Source: Psammoneis japonica (Eukaryota). From it: DNA of 64,000 nt. This document shows positions 37,634-48,736 of the stretch, piece by piece; positions within the stretch are counted from its first letter, which is position 1, and every line of letters begins with the position of its first letter. The notes beneath the pieces were generated by a model, which was not told the origin of the DNA, made no database searches, and worked only from the letters and a program-made list of their open reading frames with translations. Made by a program: the position numbers and the translations under genes. Location of the stretch: assembly GCA_008632985.1 (NCBI GenBank), contig QPGO01000041.1:1-64000 (forward strand), written 5' to 3'.

Positions 37634-38341
37634 CTCTCATCAATCTTGAAACTTCAACAGTCACTGGAGCACTCTTAGATTGTGAGTGTGAAGTGTGAGA
37701 GCCTTGGGCGTCATTTCAGTGGAGCCACAAGACGATGCGTCGGCAGCGCTCGTCATGGTGTGCGTTTTTTTGATGTTTTCCCAACAGAGGCATTTTGCAG
37801 CACCCCGACGAAGTCCAGATGGAACCGCTGCACGCTGCGCTGGTTTCCAGATGAACTTGGAGATGCACAATGAAGATGCACGCTGCTCCCCCCCCTCCCT
37901 TGCACACTTCCCCCCCATGTGTGCACTCGTCTTTGAAAACTGCAGCTCAGTGGCAAAAGAATTTCTGGGGTGCCATGTCTCATTTAAGAAGTGCATCTCT
38001 CTGTGTTGTTGGACGATTGCCACACCCTGCCTTTTCTTGCCTTGATGGCCAACAGAGCCCAGAAAGACGGACGCGGACGGACTCCGGGACATCGACCCGT
38101 CCGTCGGTCGTCACGCAATGGTTTGCGCGATTGACACCACCAAATCACACCGGCATCATCATCAGCGGCGGCGCTTGCTGCACTGCCGCCCGCACCCCTG
38201 TGGTGGGGGAGAATGTGGTGATGTCATGGTTGCGTGGCAGTTCACATCTTGTTCATTGCATTTTCACATGAATGTCCTCACATTTGTTCATGCATTTGTG
38301 CACAAATGCCAACAGCAGCAGGAAAAATCCTGAACCACATT

Positions 38342-39875
38342 CTCCCCTAAAACTCCAACCACCAAAAACCGAGGGGTCGGAAGCACACTTTTGAGAGCTC
38401 TTTTTCTCCGCACAAAAAACACGCGTTTCGTCAACTCGACCATGACGACCTCCCGTTCTTCGTCCCCCACACCACCTGATGCATCCCTGCCTGCCATGTC
38501 TGATGCGGCAGTCCCTCCTGTGTTGGCCGGTGCCGTTGCACCCGCTGTCGTTACCCAAACACAGCCGATTTGCCATCCGGAGGATTTGGGCTTCTGTTCG
38601 CCGGATCCTGTGCCTGAAACACAAACACAGCGCCGTGATTGGTCTACTCCTGTCATTGCGTCCCCAGAGAAACTGGATTCTCGTTCGCATCGCCATGTCA
38701 TGGAAGGCACTGATGAGCCTTCTCTCAAACGGTCTGGGGTGCAGCTCCGAAACCAGGTCAAAAAACAAAAGCAACAAACCGATGTCAAGGTTCAGTGGGT
38801 GTGGCAGAGGAGCATCTATGACAGGAGGCATGGTGATGACCTTTCTCAGGATGGTTGTTCCCAAGCAGAACCATGTCTGTCTGGAGGTGATTGAGACTCA
38901 CCCAGAGCCCAGCGGAACCAATCGGAGCCAACAACAAGTGTCAAGATGAACCGCAGCAACATGTGAAGGAGGGTGCAGCCAATGGAGTGCGGGCAGAGAA
39001 GGTGCCGGCATGCAAGGGGGCCGAAACGCAGGTGCGGCGTTGGAATTCGTGATGGCATCTGTGGGAGGCGGTGGGGCGAGAATGAAAGAAGTGTGAGTTG
39101 TTGGCATTTGACGTCATTGGCAAAATGCAACAACAGCATCAACAGCACCTGCGGCAGCAAGGGTGGGAGCAACAGTGTCGGGCATGCCAGGGGGCCGAAA
39201 CGCAGGTGCGGCGTTGGAATTCGTGACAGCATCTGTGGGAGGCGGTGGGGCGAGAATGAAAGAAGTGTGAGTTACAAGCATTTCGTTGTGGACGTTGTTG
39301 GCAAAATGCAATGACAGCATCAACAGCACCTGTGGCAGCAAGGGCAGGAGTGACAGCATCGGGCATGCCAGGGGGCCGAAACGCAGGTGCGGCATTGGAA
39401 TTCGTGATGGCATCTGTGGGAGGCGGTGGGGCGAGAATGAAAGAAGTGTGAGTTGCAAGCATTTCGTTGTGGACGTCATTGGCAAAAGACAATGACAGCA
39501 TCAACAGCACCTGCGGCAGCAAGGGCAGGAGTGACAGCATCGGGCATGCCAGGGGCCCGAAATGCAGGTGCGGCGTTGGAATTCGTGACAGCATCTGTGG
39601 GAGGCGGTGGAGCGCGCAAACAACAGTGTGAGTTTGCAGCATCTTATTTTGTACGCATCACACCCACGAGAACCGGAATGATGACATCACCTGTTGTGTC
39701 AGTGTCACCAGCAACGGTGTCAGTAGGATCGGCATCCTGGGAAGGCGATGGGGAAGAACCACGAGGCATCATCATGGTCGAGTCGACGAAACGCGTGTTT
39801 TTTGTGCGGAGAAAAAGAGCTCCCGAAAGTGCGCTTCCGACCCCTCGGTTTTTGGTGGTTAGAGTTTTAGGGGAG
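38342..39875. mobile_element. Non-autonomous TIR (foldback-type) element with internal tandem array
   Basis: CTCCCCTAAAACTCCAACCACCAAAAACCGAGGGGTCGGAAGC...CGACCATGA at 38342-~38450 and reverse complement at ~39770-39875; no clear TSD. Confidence 0.8.
39005..39640. repeat. Tandem repeat, ~174-181-bp unit, ~3.5 copies
   Basis: GGCATGC(C/A)AGGGG(G)CC...GCAGGTGCGGC.TTGGAATTCGTGA at ~39007, 39181, 39362, 39543. Confidence 0.92.
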
Positions 39876-39904
39876 CTGTGGGGCAGGTCGTCAAATGGTG
39901 TGGG

Positions 39905-40065
39905 TTAGCGTACATAACGACGTTGCTGACGCAGACGGTCATCCTTTAAGTAAGTAGCCCTATGTACGCTATAAAGTTTATAGCGTACATAAAGAGCTGC
40001 TGACGTTATAGGGTCATTCTGCTTCTATGTACGCTACAAATCTCCCCTATGTACGCTATAAAGTG
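39905..40065. repeat. Cluster of TATGTACGCTA motifs in both orientations, including a perfect hairpin
   Basis: TATGTACGCTATAAA-G-TTTATAGCGTACATA at 39961-39991; other copies at ~39906 (rev), ~40026, ~40048. Confidence 0.85.
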
Positions 40066-40155
40066 ACATCCACAATTAAGAAGAAAGACAGAAAGGTAAT
40101 GGGTCAATTTTCAGTTTGGATTACCGACATACATCGATGAATGTGTATGCTTCGC

Positions 40156-41142
40156 CAGAAAACGTATCCGCGGTATGGTAAGTGCGGTCAAAACGGCGGT
40201 ATGGAAATCTGATTGGACAAACGACGTCAGCTACGAAAAGATGACATCATCCTTACCCCACCATCTATTCGGCCCGTGCGTCGCCGCCGCCAGAGCAGGC
40301 CAGAGCAACTTCAAAAATTCTCAAGTCCCCCAAGAGCCAAGAGCCGTGAAAAGACAACACACTGTGTACGCAAACAGCACGAACCGCCCATGACAGCGGC
40401 AACTTTCGGACTGGTGAGCATAAAAATAACACCATTAGAACCGCAGTATTCTTATTAGTATGTGTTCATTGTTTCTCTTTTTGTTCAATGCAAGTCCGAC
40501 ACTCTTATGGGATAATTTCTTCAACTTTCAAGTAGAAAGTTTTGCACCGTCCTTCTCGGGCCATTTAGTCCACCTATACTAAAATCATTTAGCTTACATA
40601 TAACACCGTTCAATCAGCTATATCTAAATTACTCTCTATGGTAGTTTCTGTGTCATAGAGATCTAGTTTAGGGACCTTATGCATGGCCATCTGCGATGCA
40701 AGAAAAGACCTGAAAAATTCTTTCAATACAACAGGTCCATTTTGGAAAGAAGTACGCAAAGCGTTACCATTTCCTTCTCGACACGTATCATAACTACTTC
40801 ATATTATCGATTGATGCTACTTCTACTGTCATAAAGTAGAGAGAAGTTGTCCAAAACAACCACACACCGCCATGGCGACTTGCACAAAAACAATTCTACG
40901 CGCGGCTTCAGTACTTGACGTGATGCGTCTGATACAGTGTACAGTACTGTACCGTACGTACCGTACTGTACCGGTAGGTACGGTACAGATTGCGTGCGTG
41001 CTACCGTAGTAGCTGGGGGGGCAATAATGATGTCAACATTACTTATTGTGAACAACAAAGTTTTTAGCTGACGTCGTTTGTCCAATCAGATTTCCATACC
41101 GCCGTTATGACCGCACTTACCATACCGCGGATACGTTTTCTG
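40156..41142. mobile_element. Non-autonomous Mutator/MULE-type element (987 bp), 78-bp TIRs, 9-bp TSD ATGCTTCGC
   Basis: CAGAAAACGTATCCGCGG...GTCAGCTA 40156-40233 vs 41065-41142 (1 mismatch); ATGCTTCGC at 40147-40155 and 41143-41151; 9-bp TSD is typical of MULEs. Confidence 0.92.
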
Positions 41143-41528
41143 ATGCTTCGCAGGCACCACGCAACAAACTGCAGCACCACAATGATGCGTGCCGCCGGTG
41201 TCTCACTTTACGGCATGATGTCTCAATGACGCTTTCGCCGATTTTCCTGTTTGTTTTTGATTTCTTAACAAAAATTGTACAATTCATCCGAAAAGCTTGG
41301 CGCTGTGGCTTCTTGACTTTGCTCATGCCATCCTCACAAAAGCAAGCCTTTGTTTCCTTGCCCTGCTTCTGCTTTCTGCTGCTGCTCACCTTGGGCTTTG
41401 GCATGTGCTGGAGATCATTTCTGGCCACCTCAGATGCTGCATGCCTGTGAACTTGTCTGTGCTTTTTGTCTTTTCTTTTTGTTGTTGCTCTGGCTTCTTG
41501 CTGCTCCAACACACAGAGCACTGCTTTT

Positions 41529-41530
<2 letters not shown>

Positions 41531-41560
<30 letters not shown>
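41531..41560. repeat. (GCT)10 microsatellite within a TpA-free degenerate repeat region (~41290-42590)
   Basis: Direct reading. Confidence 0.9.
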
Positions 41561-41562
<2 letters not shown>

Positions 41563-42590
41563 TGTTCATGATCATCATGCTGGGGAGCTCCTTGCCAAAG
41601 CTGCAAAGAGATGATTTTCCAGATCTGCAACAAGCATCAAAGCAGCAGTTCTTTGTGAGGCAGCTCTCAACAACAACTGGGCCAAACCCCAAAGTGGTGC
41701 TGAGAACACTTTGCAGTTTGCAAGGTGTTGCTTGGTCATGGACAACATGCAGAGTTTCTCAGCTGGCTTGCTGTGGTGGCAATGAGCTCTTGCTGGGTTG
41801 TGCTGTGTGGAGCATCTCAGCTGCTTGTGCTTTTGGCACCCAAAGCCGTCTCACAAGTTTCTCTTTTGGCATCATCTTGTTCATCCCTTCCACCTGTTTC
41901 TTCAAGATGCAGCATGCAGCAGGGCTCTCTGTGAGAGCTGGCATGTGGTGCCATCCTGGCTTCTTTTGCTTTGCCTCTTGCAGCCATCAGAGCTGCAGCT
42001 GGACACACTGGTTCTGCACAAACTCTCCTTGTCTGCACGCCACACTTTGTTCCACACCAAATTGTGAGGCAAATCTCAACTGGCGCAGCTGTCACACACC
42101 CCAAAATGGCATTGAAAACACTTTGTGGGGTGCTGCTTGGCTGCAGACAACCTTCGGCCTTCTTGGCTGGGGCCAGCTGGGGGGCAGCAGCCAGCTCTCT
42201 TGCTGCTGGGTCACAGCACAACACGCTGCAGAGCATCTCTCAACTGCTGCTTGCTTTTGGTGCCCAAAACAGTCTCACAATTTTCCCTTTTTGGCATTTT
42301 GTTCACCCCTTCCACCCAGTTCTTCAGTGCACAGCACACACCACTCTCCTCTCTGCACCCCGGCTCTTGCCCCTCTTCCTCTGGCTCTCTGCGCATCTTT
42401 TTTGCTTCTTGCTGCTTTGCCTTTTGTTGCAGCCACTGGTGCTGTGGCCAGACACTCTGTTTTGGCACAAGCTCCTTGTCTGCATGTTGCACTTTGCTTC
42501 AAATGTTGTTCCTTGTCCTTTTGAGAGGAGATGCCTTTGGTGATGGGTGCTTGTGCAGAGTTGTTTGTTCTCCCCACTTTAACATCCGGG

Positions 42591-42940
42591 NNNNNNNNNN
42601 NNNNNNNNNNNNNNNNNNNNNNNNNNNNNNNNNNNNNNNNNNNNNNNNNNNNNNNNNNNNNNNNNNNNNNNNNNNNNNNNNNNNNNNNNNNNNNNNNNNN
42701 NNNNNNNNNNNNNNNNNNNNNNNNNNNNNNNNNNNNNNNNNNNNNNNNNNNNNNNNNNNNNNNNNNNNNNNNNNNNNNNNNNNNNNNNNNNNNNNNNNNN
42801 NNNNNNNNNNNNNNNNNNNNNNNNNNNNNNNNNNNNNNNNNNNNNNNNNNNNNNNNNNNNNNNNNNNNNNNNNNNNNNNNNNNNNNNNNNNNNNNNNNNN
42901 NNNNNNNNNNNNNNNNNNNNNNNNNNNNNNNNNNNNNNNN
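42591..42940. other. Assembly gap (350 N)
   Basis: Run of n. Confidence 1.
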
Positions 42941-42954
42941 NAGGACGGCCGTCC

Positions 42955-45900
42955 ATGACGAGACGAGCGTCTGTGTCGGTGCCGAACTTTGACATTGGTG
43001 CTGGCAGCGTGAAAAAGTCAAAGCCACCACCGCCACGCAAGAGCATCGCCCCTGCTGCTCAGCAACCTGACGAGCCCGTTCCGGTGCTCCAGGGGAAAAA
43101 CACCATTGAACGACTTACGGATTGGACGAAAAACAGGAGTATGATAGGCTTGGGCTCAAAGGCAGAAAAGCAGCCAGCGAAAGTTTCGCTCTTGTCGCTT
43201 CTGTTAAGCTACTCGACTCGACAGGAGAATTTTCTCATGGCGTTTGGGCTGATTGTTAGCGGTTTCGCTGGTCTGTGCTTGCCCACTTGGCTTGCCCTGT
43301 TAGCGAAGAGTCTAGACACCTTTAGTAACCTAGCGAACCTTGGCAACGCTGGTGGCGACATTGCGGATATTCTGCAGCGAGAGTTGAACAAGCTCATTGT
43401 TGCCTTTATCTGTCTTGGAGCCTTTTCTTTGTTGGTTGGATTCGGATATGTCACAATCTGGACGTATACAGGAGAGCGACAGTCTCTTCGCATCAAGGAG
43501 AAGTTTGTCAAGTCAGCTCTCAAGCAGGATGCCGAGTTTTTTGACCTGAACAATCGTGAGGAGCTCCCGACCGAGATTGCGAATGCTATGGTCCATATAA
43601 GCGCCGCTGTTGGAAGGCAGACTGCTGATTTATTTTCCAATCTTGTCAGTGCTGCTGGGTCTCTTGCTGTGGCCCTTGTACTCAATGCACCTCTGGCACT
43701 GATCATGTTATGCGTCGTCCCGATTATCGGCATTATCATGATGATATTCAGCTGCTTTCTTCGTAAAAGCAGCAAGGAGGCTTCAGAGAGCTTTGTCAGT
43801 GCTGGAGCTCATGCAACAGAAGTCATTAGTGGCATCAAGACGGTGGCGTCTCTCTGTGCCGAACGATGGGCGCTATTTACCTACAACGATAGGATCACCA
43901 ACGGACAGAAAAAGAGCGTGAAAACGGGTGCCCTGACAGGCCTTATGTCGGGAGTTACAGGTTTTCTTTTCTACTGCACCTACACCATGGCTTTTACTGT
44001 CGGAACAGAACAGGTTGCCAATGATGCGGGAATGGCGACGGTCATTGGCTGTTTCTTCAGTGAAGATCCAAACTGCAGAGTAACGGGGGCAAGCGTGATG
44101 TGTTGTATTTATGGCGTAATTCTGTGCGCCACTTTCTTTGGTTTAATGGCCCCAGGGCTTCAAGCGGTCAACCTTGGTCGACAAGCAGCAGTAAAGGTGT
44201 TTGCCACTATCGATCGAGTTCCCGAAATTGATGCATCATCCCCTGACGGAGAGGTTCTCTCGGAAGTCACTGGAGCGCTTGAGTTCCAAAACGTTTTCTT
44301 TGCCTATCCTTCGCGTCCCAAGCAACCAATCTTTACGAACTTCAACCTCGTCATTCCTCAGGGATCGTCGGTTGCGTTTTGCGGTCCCTCGGGTGCAGGT
44401 AAGCTTGGCGCTTTGGTCTGAGAATAAAGTGGTTTATCTCTCTTTGTCTAACGCATTGGTGTTTTATCCAGGCAAAAGTACGATTGCCAAACTCCTTCTC
44501 CGCTTTTACGATCCGATGGCCGGGAGCGTCCTTGCGGACGGAGCTCCTGTTGATAGTCTCAATGTTTCGTGGTGGAGGTCACAGCTTGGTTACGTTTCAC
44601 AGCAGCCAATTATGTTTCCTGGAACGATCCGCTACAACATTGCTTGTGGCAAGGAAGGGGCATCCGAGGAAGAAATTGTTGCCGCTGCAAAGGCAGCCTG
44701 TGCACATGAGTTTATCAAGGATCTGCCCGACGGGTATGACACATTCTACTCAGGAGCGTCCATTCAACTCTCTGGCGGACAGCTCCAGCGGATCTGCATT
44801 GCGAGGGCTATCATTCGTGCTCCGCCCATCCTTCTCTTGGACGAGGCTACTAGCGCTTTAGACACCAACTCTGAGAGGCAAGTCCAGGCTGCTCTTGAAA
44901 ACATTCGCAAGCTGAAGCAAATGACGACGGTGACGGTGGCACACCGCTTGTCTACCATTGTGAGTAGTGATCAGATTGCCGTCATCTCAGGTGGAGTGAT
45001 CGCCGAGCTTGGGTCGCACAAGTCTTTACTTGAGAAGGGAGGTATCTACACCGAACTCTGTGAATCACAAGGAATTACTGCCGAGTCAACGTTTGACGCC
45101 CCACCAACAGAGCCAAGGAAGGTGACACCAGTGCCTCATTCAGCGCCAAACAATCGCAAGACATTGAGACTGGACTTCTCAAGGAGGAGGATGTTCAGGA
45201 CGAAGATGCGGACCCAGAAAAGGAGGAAGGAACAGCGGGTGATTCTCATCGTTTGTTCATGCTCAATAAGCCAGAATGGGGATATCTTTTTATGGGACTC
45301 ATTGGCGCCGGCATTGTTGGTGCGCTTCCTCCATGTGAAGCAATTCTGACTGCGCGAATTGTTTCAAACTTCTATAGTGTTGATGCCGACAAGATGATGG
45401 AGGCCAACAGGGATGAATACTTTCTTTCTTCATTTTTGCTGGGGCAGCACTGATCGGTCATGTCATGAGTGGTTGCGGCTTTTCCGTTTCGGGTTATCGT
45501 TTGACAGGGCGTTTGCGATCTCTCGTCTTTGAATCAATAGTGCGACGACCCCTAGGCTGGTTTGATTTCCCTGAGCACTCTGTTGGAGAGCTTACGAGCC
45601 GTCTCGAATCTGATGCGGAGGCTGTTGCCAAAGTGTCAGGATGGTCTCTTGGCTATCGAATTCGAGTGTTGGCGTCTCTACTAGCTGGCATAGCGATTGC
45701 GTTGGCGTACTCTTGGCAGGTCGGGCTCACTGCAATTGCCTGTGTTCCGATGATTATGGGCGCTGCCATCATTCAGAAATGTTGTCTAGCAAGTCGATAT
45801 GTCGTGGACCAGGAGGGCCTATCTCCTGAGAATATCTTTGAACAAGGCTTACGTGGGATTGATGCTGTCCAGTCGTACGATCTTCAGGACCATGTCAGTG

Positions 45901-47164
45901 ACGAGTACTCCAAAGCGCTGGCGCCTCATTCAAAGAACACTATCAAAAGCGGATTCATAGCAGGCCTGGTCTATGGTCTAAGCTTGTTTGCTGTATTTGG
46001 CACGTTCGCGATAGTGTTTTTTGTGTCTTCGAAACTATTGACGTCAGGAAAGGTTGATTTCATCGGATTCTTTACTGCTCTCTTGGCGGTTATGTTTGGG
46101 GCCTTGGCCATTGGACAGGTTAATGCAGATTTCAATGCTCGGCAGAACGGGTTGGCGGCAGCCCGCAAAGTGTTCACACTCATTGATGAGCCTCTTGATA
46201 ACACGGATCCCTTCAGCACTGAGGGAGAAGAGCCAGCCTCGTTGAAAGGTGCCGTTAAATTCCAATCGTGCTCATTTGCCTACCCGACTCGTCCGAATCA
46301 TCCAATTTATTATCCTTCGAAAGACAAAGATGGGTTCTCGCTCTCCATCGGCGAGAAGAAATCCGTTGCTTTCGTGGGTAAGTTAGGTTTAGTGCCCTGC
46401 GGGATTGTCTTGCTTTATGGTCGTGCGAGATCGTTCGATCTTTCATGTTTCCCCTGAAGCGGCGGTATGGTGTTTTTCCGCATATCCTTGGTAACCGCTG
46501 ACCCCGTTTCTCGTTACCTTGTTGTGCAGGTCGAAGTGGATGCGGGAAGTCCACGGCATTGCAGATCTTGCTTCGCTTTTATGCTGTGTCCTCTGGAAAA
46601 GTTACAGTCGACGACAACAACATTGAAGAACTCAATATCGGCTGGTTGCGCCGCCAAATTGGATATGTCGGTCAGATGCCGGCGCTTTTTGCTGGAACAG
46701 TCAAGGACAATATTCTCTTGGGTAAACCCGATGCAACGCAGGAGGAGATTGAAGCTGCAGCCAAGGCAGCAAACGCACACGGTTTTATTCAGGGCTTTAG
46801 CAATGGCTATGACACGGATCTTGGTGGAGGATCGTTGCTATCTGGCGGACAGAAGCAGCGCATTGCCATTGCACGCGCTATCGTTCAGGATCCCCCGATT
46901 CTTGTGCTGGATGAAGCGACCGCCGCATTGGATAATGTCAGCGAGGAGGTTGTCCAGAATGCTTTGGATGACATACAGAGGACAAATCCTCGCACGACAT
47001 TGATGGTTGCGCATCGTTTGACAACTGTGCAGAATTGTGACGCGATTGCCGTTCTAGGTGATGGCGGTGTCAAGGAACTTGGATCGCATTCGGAGTTGTT
47101 GGAGATGAAAGGATTGTACTACGATTTATGGCAGAAACAAGGAGCAAAGAGCAAGGAAGATTAG
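42955..47164 (+). CDS. Full-size ABCB (MDR/P-glycoprotein-type) transporter; introns 44399-44471 and 46378-46529; apparent frameshifts ~45100-45450; true start may lie in the gap
   Basis: TMD-NBD-TMD-NBD; spliced Walker A GPSGAGKST and GRSGCGKST, LSGGQ signatures, ILLLDEATSALD / ILVLDEATAALD, VAHRL. Confidence 0.95.
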
Positions 47165-47610
47165 GCCTTGAAAACCGGGTTAAAAGTATATATCTTAGTC
47201 GGAGTACGGGTATGTGTTAAAGTTTCGAAAGAAAAATGCAGCTGTCTCTACATACTCTAGCTAGTAGACTACTTAGTAGCTAGAGCCACTCTAACTAGAA
47301 GTACTCTAGTAGTAGAGAGCAGGCCTACTCTTAGCTACTAGTAAGAGAGAGAGAGAGTCTCTAGCTGTGTGATTTCGCGGTCGCATACGTTGTCTTCCCC
47401 CGGCGTACAGACAGACCTTTATTTTAATTTTGCATGCATACATGCCGGATGCCGCGGCCGCGGTGTTCTTGTTCCCACAAGAGGGTTTTCAACTTGTTGG
47501 GATTGGGATTCTTTTATGTTTTATCCAACCCATTTCGTCTCATTCGCCGCTTTTTCTGACAGTCAAACTCGGTACGAGATTCCTGGACGCTGATTGTTTC
47601 ATAGAGTAGC

Positions 47611-48264
47611 ATGGCTTCATCCAAAAACGCATCCAAGTTCGAGACGAAGGACATCGACGCCTCTATCAATATCCTATGCTGGATTTTGTTGTGTCCCTGC
47701 ACTTTCGGGGCAGTTCCTTACAGCACACAGCTCCATCTGGACGAAGAAGAAGTAACCAAAACCGACAAGTAAGTTGAGAATCGACTGTTGAGGTTCCGAT
47801 GGAGAGAGCTTCTCGCGCATGGCGGTGTTCTGATTACTGCTATTCTTCCACCGGAAATTTTAAACTTAGGAATCTCTGCTGTAAGACAGTGTCAAAGCGG
47901 CCTTATGGTGAGCTTGGCAGTGTTGATCGCTCAAATTGCTTATGCTGTGTAAGCGCCCAATCGGGATTCGGTAAGTTTCATTTTGAGTCAACCAAATTGG
48001 AAACGGAAACACTGCAAGCCCTGACGACGACTCGACTGCTACCGCATGTCATTAGGCGAGATTTCCCCTGGTTGTGGCTGTGAGACGGAAACAGTGGACG
48101 AGATTGTCGATGAACTGAAGCAGCGACAACGGGGACGAGGCGACACGGCTCAGATTCAGCGTGCTGAGCAGACTCTTAATCAACTGGACAATGTGGAGAA
48201 GAAGCTTGATCTAATTTTGGAACATCTCAACATACCCACACCGCTTGAAATGGAGGACCGCTAA
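47611..48264 (+). CDS. Small Cys-rich hypothetical protein, 3 exons (introns 47769-47869, 47971-48055)
   Basis: ATG 47611; two GTAAGT...AG introns restore one frame: ...EEEVTKTDK|NLCCKTVSKRPYGELGSVDRSNCLCCVSAQSGF|GEISPGCGC...coiled coil, TAA 48264. Confidence 0.8.
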
Positions 48265-48736
48265 GCAGACCAGTCTTCATTAGCATAGAAGTTTGGCACC
48301 AAGTTTACCGAGTTGGCATGGTGTTTTTCAAAAACTAAGTTAGTTTACAGTCCTCCTCGACAGAAAGCTTGGCCGTTTGTCACGCGATTGCCAGCGCCGC
48401 TCTGCCCTCATGATTTCTATTTTCGCACTCGGGTCGTAACAGATGTTCCCACTGTAGCAGCGCACGTTTTATTGAGAATATCCCAGTAACGTACTCTAAG
48501 TGAATGTAGGTTCAAGGGATCATACACTACACTAGGTCTATTCCCTTGGTAGGTATTCAACCTCAGAATCAAAGATCGAAAAAATGCATCTGCCCATCGA
48601 GGTCCGAGGTCCGAGCTTCAGAATTCTCTCCGCGAGTCGTCACTGCGCAGTTTTCGCTTCACAACAAAACCTCCAAACCGCGGCAATGGCCGGTGGATGA
48701 TGGCTACTTAATTCTCTCGCAGAACTGTCAACAACA

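Larger units (their letters stand above)
32285..37854. mobile_element. Academ-like DNA transposon (5.57 kb): ~110-bp TIRs, 4-bp TSD ACTT, two convergent ORFs
   Basis: TCATCTGGAAACCAGCGCAGCGTGCAGCGG... at 32285 and reverse complement ending 37854; ACTT at 32281-32284 and 37855-37858. Confidence 0.8.

Noticed and set aside
39005..39640. Possible CRISPR-like array
   Set aside because: Whole ~180-bp units repeat with no unique spacers; eukaryotic context and no cas genes
42125..43046. ORFs spanning the N run
   Set aside because: Artefacts of the assembly gap
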